This document shows positions 39,074 through 52,220 of a stretch of 64,000 nt of DNA, piece by piece. The DNA lies in the NCBI GenBank assembly GCA_964016885.1, contig OZ024749.1, positions 7,006,001-7,070,000 on the forward strand, read 5' to 3'. The first letter of the stretch is position 1; every line of letters starts with the position of its first letter. Position numbers and translations under genes: made by a program. The stretch comes from Eledone cirrhosa (lineage: Eukaryota). Below the pieces are notes generated by a model. It worked only from the letters and a program-made list of their open reading frames with translations, did no database searches and was not told where the DNA came from.

Positions 39074-39388
39074 TATATCATAAAACATGTCTATAGAATC
39101 ACCAGATAAAATATATACCGTTTCCTCTCCTAATTAGCATAATTAACCATATAAAAAATCAATTAGACCAAGCTATAAGAGTAAAGGTTTAGTGGTTAGA
39201 GCATTGACCTTGCAATCAAAAGGTTGTGAGTTCAATTCTCAGACCGGGTGATGTGTTGTTTCTTCATAGGAGCCTTTATTCTTATAGCTTGGTCTAATTG
39301 ATTTTTTATATGGTTAATTATGCTAATTGGGAGAGGAAACGGTTTTTTTTTTATCTGGTGATTCTATAGACACGTTTTATGATATATA
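39074..39388. repeat. ~110-bp inverted repeat enclosing a SINE tRNA head (39186-39259)
   Basis: atcataaaacatgtctatagaatcacc...ataagagtaaagg versus cctttattcttat...ggtgattctatagacacgttttatgat. Confidence 0.85.
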
Positions 39389-39489
39389 GCTCTGATTATT
39401 TAATTTATTAATTCTTCATTGAGCCACAAAGTGACCCGTTGCAAAACACATATATATGTATGACTTCATATATATATATATATATATAC

Positions 39490-39522
<33 letters not shown>

Positions 39523-39587
39523 CATATGCATATATATATATACATATATATATATACATATGCATATATATATATATACATATATAT

Positions 39588-40177
39588 ATGGTGGCTGCCA
39601 ACTCGTTTTCGAGTACGGCCACTACTTTATATCCATGTAGGAGAAACCCTACCGATGCGCTGAATGAGTGTGACTTATTATTCCAGCCAGCGACTTGAAA
39701 ACTCTGGTACAAACACTACACTTGTGACAATTATTGACACACAGTACTGGGCCCATGGTACCGTGTAACGACAATTGCAGAGAGATCTCCAGATATAAAG
39801 AAAGCAATGCCTGTGCCGTGAAGGTTTTATAGTGAGCAAAGGCACTGCACAAAGCCAGTCCCTCTCTCTTAACCAAGATGATATTTACCAGAAAGAAGAA
39901 CAAGTCAACATCATTGGATACCATCAGAGTTGCAGGTGTTATATCAGAGTTTTCCTTCTCCTAGAATTCTGCCTTGACAAAAGCTAAGGGGTCATCTCTC
40001 TCGGTGATTTTGGATGGCCATTGACTCTTAAGAGCTCCTCTGCCCTTTGACAGGTTTTGTTTTTATTCCTGCAGGATATCCAAAGTCACCCTCCTCACCA
40101 AGAAACATTGGTGAGGTTGCCAGTTTAGTCACCAACGACCCGACCATGAGTCAGGTTGTACTGGGATACATGTTACA
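39588..40177 (-). mobile_element. non-autonomous bipartite RTE-derived element
   Basis: RTE-like 5'UTR motif ctaggagaaggaaaactctga joined to a C-terminal C2H2 remnant ([17 protein letters not shown]) and 3'UTR. Second copy at 51264-51860. Confidence 0.75.
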
Positions 40178-40350
40178 TACATATATATATACATATATAT
40201 ATATATACATATATGTATACATATATATATATATATATATACATATATATATACATATATATATACATATATATATATATACATATATATATACATATAT
40301 ATATACATATACATATACATATACATATATATACATATATATATATATAC

Positions 40351-40387
<37 letters not shown>

Positions 40388-40394
40388 TATATAA

Positions 40395-40689
40395 GTTTAC
40401 AAATCCAGTATCCAAGATACACCTTTAGATTCATACCCATCATTATTGGAGCTACGGGTTATATACCAACCCGCTTGGACCAAAGTATGACTGAACTTCG
40501 ATTTGCGGACAAAAAGCGCAGCTCCCTAATTCATAGTCTACAAATGGCTGCGATAGCTGGCACCTTCAACTTTTGCAAAACATTCTTGCGATTCAAGGGA
40601 TGACAATTTCTTTTCTTTTACAACCTTGCCACCAGGAAGGTGGCCGGTCAAAAAAAAATATACTCAAAATTAAGAGAAAAAGAAAACAT
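40395..40689 (+). mobile_element. short 5'-truncated copy of the R4/Dong-type LINE
   Basis: Near-identical to 49564-49855. Flanked by TA repeats. Confidence 0.9.
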
Positions 40690-40773
40690 ATATATATACA
40701 TATATATATATACATATATACATATACATATATACATATATATGTATATACATATATATATATACATATACAC

Positions 40774-40805
<32 letters not shown>

Positions 40806-41422
40806 ACATATACACATATATATGTATATACATATATATATATACATATACACATATATGTATATACATATATATATATATATATACATATACACATATA
40901 TATGTATATACATATATATATATATATACATATACACATATATATGTATATACATATATATATATATATATACATATATACATACATATATACATACATA
41001 TATACATATACATATATACATATATACATATATACATATATACATATACATATATACATATATATATATACATATATATATATACATATATACATATACA
41101 TATATACATATATACATATACATATACATATATACATATACATATATATATATACATATATATATACATATATACATATACATATATACATATACACATA
41201 TATACATATACATATATACATATACATATACATATATACATATACACATATATACATATACATATATACATATACATATACATATATACATATACATATA
41301 TATATATACATATATATACATATATATACATACATATATATATACATACATACATATATATATACATACATATATATATACATACATATATATATACATA
41401 CATATATATATACATACATACA

Positions 41423-41476
<54 letters not shown>

Positions 41477-41629
41477 CATACATATATATATACATACATA
41501 CATATATACATTCATATATATATATACATATATAGATACATATATATATACATATATATATATATATACATACATACATACATAAATATATAAATATATA
41601 TATATATATATACATACATACATATATAA

Positions 41630-41676
<47 letters not shown>

Positions 41677-41685
41677 CATACATAC

Positions 41686-41724
<39 letters not shown>

Positions 41725-41731
41725 CATATAT
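40690..41731. repeat. (TA)n/(TACA)n microsatellite
   Basis: Directly visible. Confidence 0.95.
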
Positions 41732-41732
41732 A

Positions 41733-41791
41733 CCCTTGCAAGCAGGGAAGAGCGGACATAAAATGAAATGATGATGATGATGAATGATGAT
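41733..41791 (+). mobile_element. isolated SINE/RTE 3' tail
   Basis: cccttgcaagcagggaagagcggacataaaatga..gatgatgat matches the end of the 26727 SINE. Confidence 0.7.
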
Positions 41792-42258
41792 ATATATATA
41801 TTTTCAAATTTTAATATTATATATATATATGTTTTTCAAGACAATAGTAACAGTAGGCTGTCATTGTGGAGTGGGTGGGGGAAAGACTGGGGGAATAAAT
41901 AAATAAATAATTCTTACAAATACAATGAAGCAAGAGGAAAAAATTGAAAAAGAGAAAAAAAAAGAGGGCAAGAAAGATCAATATCTGATTTTTGTTTTGT
42001 TTTGTTTTATGTTTTTTATGTTAGTTCAGGGAGAGTTTTTTTTTGTTTTGGGGAGTTTTTTTTTCTGTCAAATATTTTCGTCTTCTTATTTGCATTAAAA
42101 AAAAAAAAAAAAGAAAATCACTAAAGAAATTGGAAATATGTTAAAAAGAGACCAACTATAATAATGTGTTAGTCTTTTAGTAACAATGATAGTCTGACCT
42201 AGGAATAAGTCCTGTTCATAGTCAAAATATTTACTATATAGTAACTGAGCTAGCTGTA

Positions 42259-42306
<48 letters not shown>

Positions 42307-42308
<2 letters not shown>

Positions 42309-42570
42309 CTTATTCTTAGTCTTAGATACTTCTGCGTCGTTCGGCACATCGAGCAGTAAGTTCTCGCCAACGGTCACGATCAGCGGCAACTTTTTCGAGA
42401 CATTGCCAGGTGATGTTGACTGCCATCAGGTCCTTCCGGAACATTTGTCGTCAGGTGATCCTTGGGCAACCCCGCCTCCGTTTGCCACCAGGCGGAGTCC
42501 AGTTCATCGCTGTTTTCGAATGCCCTTCATTTGGCTGAAGCAGAATATGGCCATATTCTGCGTCTGCCAA

Positions 42571-42572
<2 letters not shown>
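42307..42572 (-). mobile_element. 5'-truncated RTE-clade LINE of a second family
   Basis: Minus frame GHILLQPNEGHSKTAMNWTPPGGKRRRGCPRIT*...AADRDRWRELTARC, with a taaga-type tail. Confidence 0.8.
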
Positions 42573-42611
<39 letters not shown>

Positions 42612-42620
42612 CATATATAG

Positions 42621-42661
<41 letters not shown>

Positions 42662-42784
42662 GGAGGTGAGTTTTATTGTAGTACAATAAAGCAATGCAGA
42701 TATCGGATAAGAAGCACTCTACAGTTTGTGGGACTGGAGTATACATAATATAAGATCAAAAGATGGTTAAAGGAGTTCCATGTA

Positions 42785-42851
42785 TTTTATTATGCGCATT
42801 TCAAAAACAAACATCATCATGCAATAATATTTGTGTTTTCATCAGATAAAA
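42785..42851 (-). ncRNA. type I hammerhead ribozyme motif (inverted PLE-C terminus)
   Basis: Reverse complement of 46543-46609. Confidence 0.75.
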
Positions 42852-43211
42852 CAGGAGAACATGATATGAAGGATAAAAAACACTTGTGGATAGTGCAGTT
42901 TTAAATCAACATATGAAAAGTGGTTTTAGATTGATGTGTGATATTGGGAAAAATATTTTATTTAGAGAGGGGGGTGGAAAGGATGAAAAAGGGGAGGAGA
43001 TGAGAGGGAGAGATGGGTGATAGAGAGAAAGAAAGAGATAGTTTTTATAACTGAGAGGAGATATATTGTTTTACATAGAGAGGTTGAAAACCGTTGGAAG
43101 ATAATGTATAAATTAAAAATTTGAAATTAACATTAACTTGCTCCTTAACGGTTGAGCGCTTACTCTCATATTGGATACCTTTTGATGGTCCTTCACCTCT
43201 TCTTCTACAAC

Positions 43212-45524
43212 ATGGATTATTACAACATAACCAATTCAACTAAAGACATTCCTATACCTGGTAAATCTGAATTCACCAAACTTCTTATTGAAAAAACTGA
43301 CTCCTTCGTAAGAAAACTTAGATGGACAGCCTATTTCTATGACCAGCGCCTTAAAGGGAACTTCCATACCAAAGAACATAACTTCCTCGATCATCTTTTT
43401 AATTCTAGACGAAATCCTCCTTCCAACAAAAATCTAGTACAATTCGAGGAAGAATTAACTAAAATAATCAAAAATCTTAAATTCAAGAGATACCCTTACA
43501 AAGGACAAGAGCACCTTGTAAATCTCAAGAACACAATCTCTAACCTAAATTCCTCAAAAAATGTTTTAGTCCACTCTGACAAAACCAATAACTTATATGG
43601 TATTTCCAAGGATAATTATAACAACCTTATCCTAAAGGAACTTAGGAAAAAGTATCGTAAAACCAACCATGAAAATTTAGAATACATAAACCTTGAAGCC
43701 TCTGAGATTATGTCAAAACTTGGCATTGAAAAAAAGACCGAACCATTCCTCCCAAGAACTCCGAGGATAAATCTCAAGGATCACAAAAACAATTTTCGCA
43801 CTGAACTACCTGTTAGATTAATCGCCCCCTCTAAATCTGATCTGGGGGTTGTTAGTAAAGCCATCTTGGATAGAATTATCCCACAGGTTAGTTCTAATTG
43901 CTCTTCTTTGAACCTAAATTTATGGTTTGGTACTTCTGAGGTGATTGGCTGGTTCAACAAATTGGATAATAAAAACAAACTAAAATTTATTCAATTTGAT
44001 ATTGCCAGCTACTATTCCTCCATTTCGCCTTCACTTCTCAATAATGCTCTATCTTTCGCACTTAAATATTCTGACATCACCACAGATGAACTTCACATCA
44101 TCCTCACCGCACGTAAAACCATCCTAGAGTTCAACAACGAATATTGGACCAGAGCCGATACCTCTAACAACTTCGATATCACAATGGGAGCATCCGATTA
44201 ACCCAATTGACTGATTTAATTGGTATCTTCATTTTGAACTCTTTGAGTCGGAAAATTCCTCAACTTCGCGGTGGAATTTATCGTGACGATGGACTCTTTA
44301 CTATCCTAAATTGCAATATAGTTAACCTTAATATTATTAAGAACAATATACGTAATCTCTTTAACCAACATAACCTAAAAATTGAATTTGATAATAGTAT
44401 CAAACTAGCTAATTTCTTGGATGTATCTCTTAATCTTGACACTGGCCTATATTACCCTTACCATAAAAACAATGAGAACCTAAATTATGTTAACTTTAAA
44501 TCTAACCATCCTACCAATATCAAGAATGCTATAGTTAGTAATATTGGAAAAAGAATATCTAACATATCCTCTAATAAAAACATCTTTGATGCTAACGCCA
44601 ATTACTATAATAACGCACTTTCTAAAGCCGGCTATCCAGATAAAATCAAATATAGTAAAGAAACAAATTCTAGAAAAACTTACAGTAGAATAATTAATCA
44701 TGATCATTCCAATAATTTTAATAAAAGACCTAGATACAAAAACATAATCTGGTATAATGCTCCTTTCTCCATCTCTATTAATAACAATATTCCTAAATTA
44801 TTTTTTAGTGCCTTAAATAAATGCTTCCCTCCCTCACATATCTATAGTAAAATATTTAACAAACACACTATGAAATTTTTCTCTTCGACCTCCTCCAACA
44901 TCATCTCTAAACACAACAATAAAATACTAAATACTAAATATCTTCCTTCCAACGTCAAACACAACTTCGCTAAATGTTCATAATCCAACTCTAAATCAAG
45001 AAACTATTATTCCTATTATTCCTATCGCAAACAACTTCTCCAATCCAATTCCTTCTATAGATAACACTAGGTCACTCATTAATAATCTCTCTAATTGCAA
45101 CTGCCGCATTAAAAATAAATGTCCTCTCAACAACCATTGTCTCAATAAAAACTTAATTTATGAATGTAAAATTATAACTAGCACCAATTCCTTCACCTAT
45201 TTTGGCTCCACTTCCACCTCTTTTAAAGCTCGTCTCTATAATCATCATTCATCTTTCAAATACAAACTTAAAAGAACCAACACTGCTCTCTCAGAACTCA
45301 TATGGTCCTTAAAAGACAAAAACATTAAATATACCATCTTTTGGAAGAAGGTTTCTTCTGCATCCTCATACTTGAACAGCTCTCTATCTAAAATCTGTAA
45401 TCTCTACCTAAATGAAAAATTTACCATTATCTCTAACCTAGATTCTATAATAAATAGACGTACAGATTTGTTTTCTATCTGCCTGCATAAATTCCATAGG
45501 ACTTTTCACAAAGTATACAGTTAA
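43212..45524 (+). pseudogene. PLE-C RT + GIY-YIG polyprotein, disrupted
   Basis: Stop/frameshift at about 44199 (ITMGASD*..LTDLIG) and a stop at about 44981. The GIY-YIG domain reads open from about 45093 to TAA at 45522-45524. Confidence 0.9.
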
Positions 45525-46542
45525 TATTCAATTCTTTATCAATTTAGAATCTTTTCTCAAAGGCACATATACATACACCTCTTTAAAATATACCCATCTT
45601 CCCACCTTACTTTAAAGGGCATTATACACTCTATAATACTTGTTTACTCATTACCCTCATTCTATCTTCACCTTGTAAAATCCTTCATAACATATACATT
45701 TATTTTTTTGACGTTAGAATATTCATCCGCAATCATTATTATTTTTTCTCTCTATCATAAATCTTTTTAATCTCAATTTCATCCTTAATTTATTATTATT
45801 TTTTTTTTTTTTTTTCTCCCCATCAACGAACTCATTCTTAATACATATTAACTCTTTATTCGCATATATTATCAATTTCTTCAATATACAAACTTTAACT
45901 TCACATTATTTTTCTCAAATCCTTCTACACACAAACCTTAATAATTTTTCTCTTCGTTAATTTTGAAATTGCCACAATAATTATCAACACACACTTTTTT
46001 TGACGTTAGAATATTCATCCACAATTATTATTTTTTTTTTCTCTCTATCTTCATACATAAATTCCCTTCGTTAATTTTCAAATTCCTTTAATTTATGTAA
46101 AACAATATATCTTTTTCTCAGTTATGAAAACTATCTCTTTCTCTCTATCACCCATCTCTCCCTCTCCACCTTCACTCTCATCTCCTCCCCCTTTTTTCAT
46201 CCTTTCCACCCCCACCCCCTCCATAAATAAAATATTCTTTCCTCGCACATATCCTCCCTTCGTTGATTTCAAATTTTTAATTTGTACATTATCTTCCAAC
46301 GGTTTTCAACCTCTCTATGTAAAACAATATATCTCCTCTCAGTTATAAAAACTATCTCTTTCTTTCTCTCTATCACCCATCTCTCCCTCTCATCTCCGCC
46401 CCTTTTTCATCCTTTCCACCCCCCCTCTCTAAATAAAATATTTTTCCCAATATCACACATCAATCTAAAACCACTTTTCATATGTTGATTTAAAACTGCA
46501 CTATCCACAAGTGTTTTTTATCCTTCATATCATGTTCTCCTG

Positions 46543-46609
46543 TTTTATCTGATGAAAACACAAATATCATTGCATGATGATGTTTGTTTTTGAAATGCGC
46601 ATAATAAAA
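46543..46609 (+). ncRNA. type I hammerhead ribozyme motif (PLE-C terminus)
   Basis: ttttat-CTGATGA-aaaca...tgtttgttttt-GAAA-tgcgca-TA-ataaaa, with palindromic stem III. Confidence 0.8.
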
Positions 46610-46649
46610 TACATGGAACTCCTTTAACCATCTTTTGATCTTATATTAT

Positions 46650-46783
46650 ATATATATATATATACACACATTTATATATACACAAACATATGTATACATA
46701 CACATGTATATATACACATATATATATATATATACATATATGTATATATATACACATATATATATATATATATATTTATACAC

Positions 46784-46838
<55 letters not shown>

Positions 46839-47002
46839 CATATATATATATATATATACATACATATATATATATATATATACATACATATATATATATA
46901 TATATACATACATACATATATATATATATATACATACATACATATATATATATATATACATACATATATATATATATATATACATACATATATATATTAT
47001 AT

Positions 47003-47037
<35 letters not shown>

Positions 47038-47556
47038 CATACATATATACACACACACATATATACACACACACACATATATATATATTCACACATATAT
47101 ATACACATATATACACACACACACATATATATATATATTCACACATATATATACACATATATATATATATATACACATATATATACACATACACATATAT
47201 ATATATACACATATATATATATACACATATATATATATACACATATATATATATATACATATATATATACACACACACATATATACACATATGCACACAC
47301 ACACATGTATGCATATACACATATATGCATATACATATATATATACATATAGATATATATACATACATATATATATATGCATATACTTATATATATATAT
47401 ACATATATATACATATACATACATATACACATATATACATACATATACACATACATATACATATATATACATATATACACATACATATACACATATATAT
47501 ACATATATACACATACACATATATATACATATATACACATACATATACATATGTAT

Positions 47557-47587
<31 letters not shown>

Positions 47588-47690
47588 CATATACCTATAT
47601 ATACATATACATACATAAACACATATATATACATATATATATATACATACATATATATATACATACATATATACATACATATATACATCT
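46650..47690. repeat. (TA)n/(CA)n/(TACA)n microsatellite
   Basis: Directly visible. Confidence 0.95.
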
Positions 47691-47693
47691 ACA

Positions 47694-49855
47694 TAAACCA
47701 CCCTTGCTAAAAATTACTGCCCAATAGCCTGCCAAAACATCATGTATAAATTATATACTGGGTGCCTTAACCTGTTCTTACAGGATCACTGTGCTACCAA
47801 CAACATCATAACACCTGAGCAAGCTGGTGGAAAGAGGGAGGTGTGGGGTTGCATAGATCACCTACTAACTACTAAAATGATTCAGGAAAAAACATCAAAG
47901 AATCGCAGAAACATGACTGTGGTGTGGCTGGACTATCAAAAAGCATTTGATAGTGTACCTCATGGGTGGATTATTTAGGCTTTACAGTTAGCCAAAGTCC
48001 CACAACCATTGGTAGCTGCTGTTGAACGCCTGACCAAGAACTGGTACACCAATTTGATCCTTAGAGGTGAGAAGGAGCAAGTTAAGACTGATAAGATACA
48101 TTACCAGAAGGGCATCTTTCAGGGTGATGGCTTGTCAGTGCTACTCTTCGTTCTCTCACTGAATCCACTATCTTACCTACTCAGGAAACAAGGTGGACAA
48201 AGAAGTGGGTCCAAAAGTATCTCCCATCTTTTCTTTGTTGATGACCTGAAGTTGTATGGGCCAAATATCAATGACATCAAGAAACAATTGGACCTCATTA
48301 CACAATTTTCAACCGACATCAAAATGAAATTTGGTGAGTCCAAGTGTGTATATTTGGCAGTAAAACGTGGAAGAGCTGTGCCCTCCTCTAGAAATCTAGA
48401 GATGAATGGCCTGACAATACAACCTCTACAGTCAGGTGACAACTACAGATATCTTGGACAGGATGAGAATGTCAGATATGATGGACCCATAAATAAGGAG
48501 AGAACCAGAACTGAATACATCAGAAGAGTAAAGAAAATATGGTCATCAGAACTGTCAGCGTACAACAAATACATTGCCCACAATACTTATGCTGTGCCAA
48601 TTCTAACGCCAACATTTGGCCTGCTGAACTGGTCATTGCAAGAACTAAATGAGATGGATGTTAGAACTCGCAAACTTCTCAGTGTTACTGGGAACTTTAA
48701 CATCAATGGTGATGTGGATAGGCTATACTTCTCACGCAAGGAAGGTGGCTGGGTTCTAAAATCAATATTAACAACATATGAGACCTGGATAGTAGCACTT
48801 AAGCAACACCTTCAACAGAGGAAAAAGGTTGGCAACCATCTTGCCTAGGTTTATGAGCATGAAAAAAAAAATATCATTAGAATAGCAACTGATCTGGAGG
48901 AGAGATATGGAATAAAGCCTGATATAAGATATAAATCTCTCACCCAGAGAAATCGGAAGATCCTATTCAATGTTCAAACAAGATAAAAAAATTGACCAAT
49001 TTACAGAAAAAGTTGTGCATTGATACACGAGACGTAAAACACAGACCATAGAGGTGATAAACCACTCAAAAAGCCTGGCATGGAGTTCCGACAAGTTTAT
49101 GACACGACACCTTGAGGGATATCTCTATGCAATACAGGAACACGAACTCCCTACCAAATATCTGCTGCACAAAAGAGGAGGGCCAGCAGCTGACAATAAA
49201 TGTAGGCTATGTAAAACAAAGATCGAGGATGTAAGCCACATTGTTGCCAGCTGCGAAAGAATGTCATCTCGCTACTACCTCCCCATGAGACACGATGTGA
49301 TAGCTAGAACCATCTGGAACGCACTTCGGAAAACAAAATCAACAACAAACGAGGAAGAATATATTGAGACAGATGGCACTAAGGAATACTGGTGGAACCT
49401 GAAAATAAAAACTGCCACCAAATTAAAGCACAACCGGCCTGATATTGTTGTTTGGGACCACACATTGAAAACGTGTTCTGTTGTGGAGATCAGCTGCCCA
49501 CTTGATGTAAACGTTGTCAGAAAAATACAGGAGAAGGAGGACATCTATGGACCATTGATGAGGAGTTTACAAATCCAGTATCCAAGATACACCTTTAGCT
49601 TCATACCCATCATTATTGGAGCTACGGGTTATATACCAACCCGCTTGGACCAAAGTATGAATGAACTTGGATTTGTGGACAAAAGTGCAGCTCCCTAATT
49701 CATAGTCTACAAATGGCTGCGAAAGCTGGCACCTTCAAAATTTGCAAAACATTCTTGCGATTCAAGGGATGACAATTTCTTTTCTTTACAACCTTGCCAC
49801 CAGGAAGGTGGCCGGTCAAAAAAATATACTCGAAATTAAGAGAAAAAGATAACAT
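47694..49855 (+). mobile_element. R4/Dong-clade non-LTR retrotransposon (RT + CCHC + restriction-like endonuclease), 5'-truncated, disrupted
   Basis: NYCPIAC, WLDYQKAFDSVPH, GIFQGDGLS, SHLFFVDDLKLY, CRLC....HIVASC, RHD, NRPDIVVWD..VEISCP..K...Y. Confidence 0.88.
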
Positions 49856-49872
49856 ACATAAACACATATATA

Positions 49873-50652
49873 TCATCATCACCGTTTTACGTCCGTTCTT
49901 CCACGCTAGCATGGGTTAGACGGGTTGTCCTGTTGTGGGCAGTGTCTGGTCGGCTGACCATACCTTGCTCATACAGGAACTGATCTGGCTTGATTTCTAC
50001 AGCTGGATGCCCTTCCTAACACCAACCTCATTTACAGTGAGTGCTGGGTGCTTTTTCGTGGCGCCTACACGTCCACTTTACAGTGTGGGCTGGGTGCTTT
50101 TTTGCCGTGGCACCTCCACGACCACCTTGCGGTGGGGGGGGGGGGGGGGCATATTGTTTATATGCTTCAGCATGTACCCATGGGAGGTCGGGTACCCTGT
50201 ATTACTGCGTGACGCCAGAAGTCACGGTCGTGTGTCATTGACTTTGAGAGGTGTAGTTGGGTAAGGTCGGCTTTTATCACCTCATCCCAAGTCATCTTGG
50301 GTCTCCCCACTCCGCAGTTTCCATCAACTTCTAGTGCTCTGCACCTTTTTATGCAGCTGTCATCCTTCATACGCATCACATGTCCATACCAGCGTAACCG
50401 CCTCTCCTGCACGCAGCATTTGATTCCTCTTATGCTCAGTCTCTCTCTCAATTCCTTTATGCTTTGTCGTTCACGTATATTACTGTTACACATCCATCGG
50501 AGCATGCAGGCTTCGTTTCTCTCTAATCTACGTAAGTCTTCCACCTTCAGCGTCCAGGTCTCACTACCATGCAACATCGCTGTTCGGATACACGCATCAT
50601 ACAGTCTGCCTTTCATTCTGAGGGAGAAGCCTTTTGCAGATAGCAGTGGTAG
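49873..50652 (-). mobile_element. 5'-truncated RTE LINE (related subfamily)
   Basis: [33 protein letters not shown]...RRLRWYGHV, with a (GAT)n tail. Confidence 0.9.
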
Positions 50653-50937
50653 TAGTATATGTATGTATATATACATATAGCAGTGGTAGTGTATATGTAT
50701 GTATATATACATATATATACATACATATACATATATATATACATATATATTCATATATATATACATACATATACATATATATATACATACATATACATAT
50801 ATATATACATACATATACATATATATATACATAAATATGCATATATATATACATACATATATACATATATATGTATATACATATATAGTTGAAAATATAT
50901 AGTTGAAAATTGCAAGCTCGACTGTCACCACATATCA

Positions 50938-50976
50938 TGAACCTGAAGATTGCGAAAGCATGAAAGTACTTGTTCA
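50938..50976 (+). ncRNA. orphan minimal type I hammerhead ribozyme motif
   Basis: tgaac-CTGAAGA-t-tgc(gaaa)gca-t-GAAA-gtac-TT-gttca. Confidence 0.7.
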
Positions 50977-51192
50977 ATTAACACTTAGAATTTAATATTC
51001 TATCATACTATTTCATTATAATACCATTATATATATTTTAAGGGATTGTAAATAAAACGAGTAAATCAGACAAAGTTGGAATTCCTCTTATTAATATAAT
51101 CTTCTATACACAATCACACACCTGTGTATATTTACCTATCTATATCTATATATACATATATATACATACATATATATGTATATACATATATA

Positions 51193-51224
<32 letters not shown>

Positions 51225-51263
51225 CATATATATATACATATACATACATACATATACTTATAT

Positions 51264-51860
51264 ATGGTGGCTGCCAACTCGTTTTCGAGTACGGCCACTA
51301 CTTTATATCCATGTAGGAGAACCCCTACCGATGCGCTGAACGAGTGTGACTTATTATTCCAGCCAGCGACTTGAAAACTCTGGTACAAACACTACACTTG
51401 TGACTATTATTGACACATTGTGCTGGGCCCATGGTACCATGTGACGACAAGTAAAGAGAGATCTCCAGATATAAAGCAATGCCTGTGCCGTGAAGCTTTT
51501 ATAGTGAGCAAAGGCACTGCACAAAGCCAGTCCCACTCTCTTAACCAAGATGATATTTACGAAAAAGAAGAACAAGTCAACATTATTGGATACCATCAGA
51601 GTTGCAGGTGTTATATCAGAGTTTTCCTTCTCCTAGAATTCTGCCTTGACAAAGGCTAAGAGGTCATCTCTCCCGGTGATTTTGGATGGCCATTGACTCT
51701 TAAGAGCTCCTTTTCCCTTTGACAGATTTGTTTTTAGTCCTGCAGGATGTCCAAAGTCACCCTCCTCACCAAGAAACCTTGGTGCAGTTGCCAGTTTAGT
51801 CACCAACGACCCGACCATGAGACAGGTTGTACTGGGATACATGTTACAAGTAGCACCAAC
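51264..51860 (-). mobile_element. non-autonomous bipartite RTE-derived element, second copy
   Basis: Colinear with 39588-40177 and slightly longer at the 5' end. Flanked by TA repeats. Confidence 0.78.
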
Positions 51861-52220
51861 TATATACATATATATATACATACATACACACACACATATA
51901 TATATATCCACACACACATATATATACATATATATACACATATACTTACACATATATATATACACACACATATATATACACACATATATATATATATACA
52001 TATATATATACACACATATATATACATATACACATATATGTACATATACACATAGATATACATATACACACATATATATATATAGACCCACATATATATA
52101 CACAGCTATATATACACACCTATATATACACACATATACATATATACACATATACACACACATATGTATATATATACATACACACACACATATATATATA
52201 TATATACATACACATATATA

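Larger units (their letters stand above)
42746..46648 (+). mobile_element. Penelope-like element family C (Naiad-like), near full length, with ~385-bp inverted terminal segment (42746-43131 versus 46262-46648)
   Basis: ORF start MDYYNITNSTKDIPIP..., FIQFDIASYYSSI, FDITMG, GGIYRDDGL, IIWYNAPF, CNCRIKNKCPLNNHC..LIY..YFGST. Long 3' region with internal direct repeats. Confidence 0.93.

Noticed and set aside
44196-44210. Selenocysteine read-through in the Naiad-like ORF
   Set aside because: The interruption is TAA plus a 1-nt frameshift, not an in-frame TGA at a conserved Cys.
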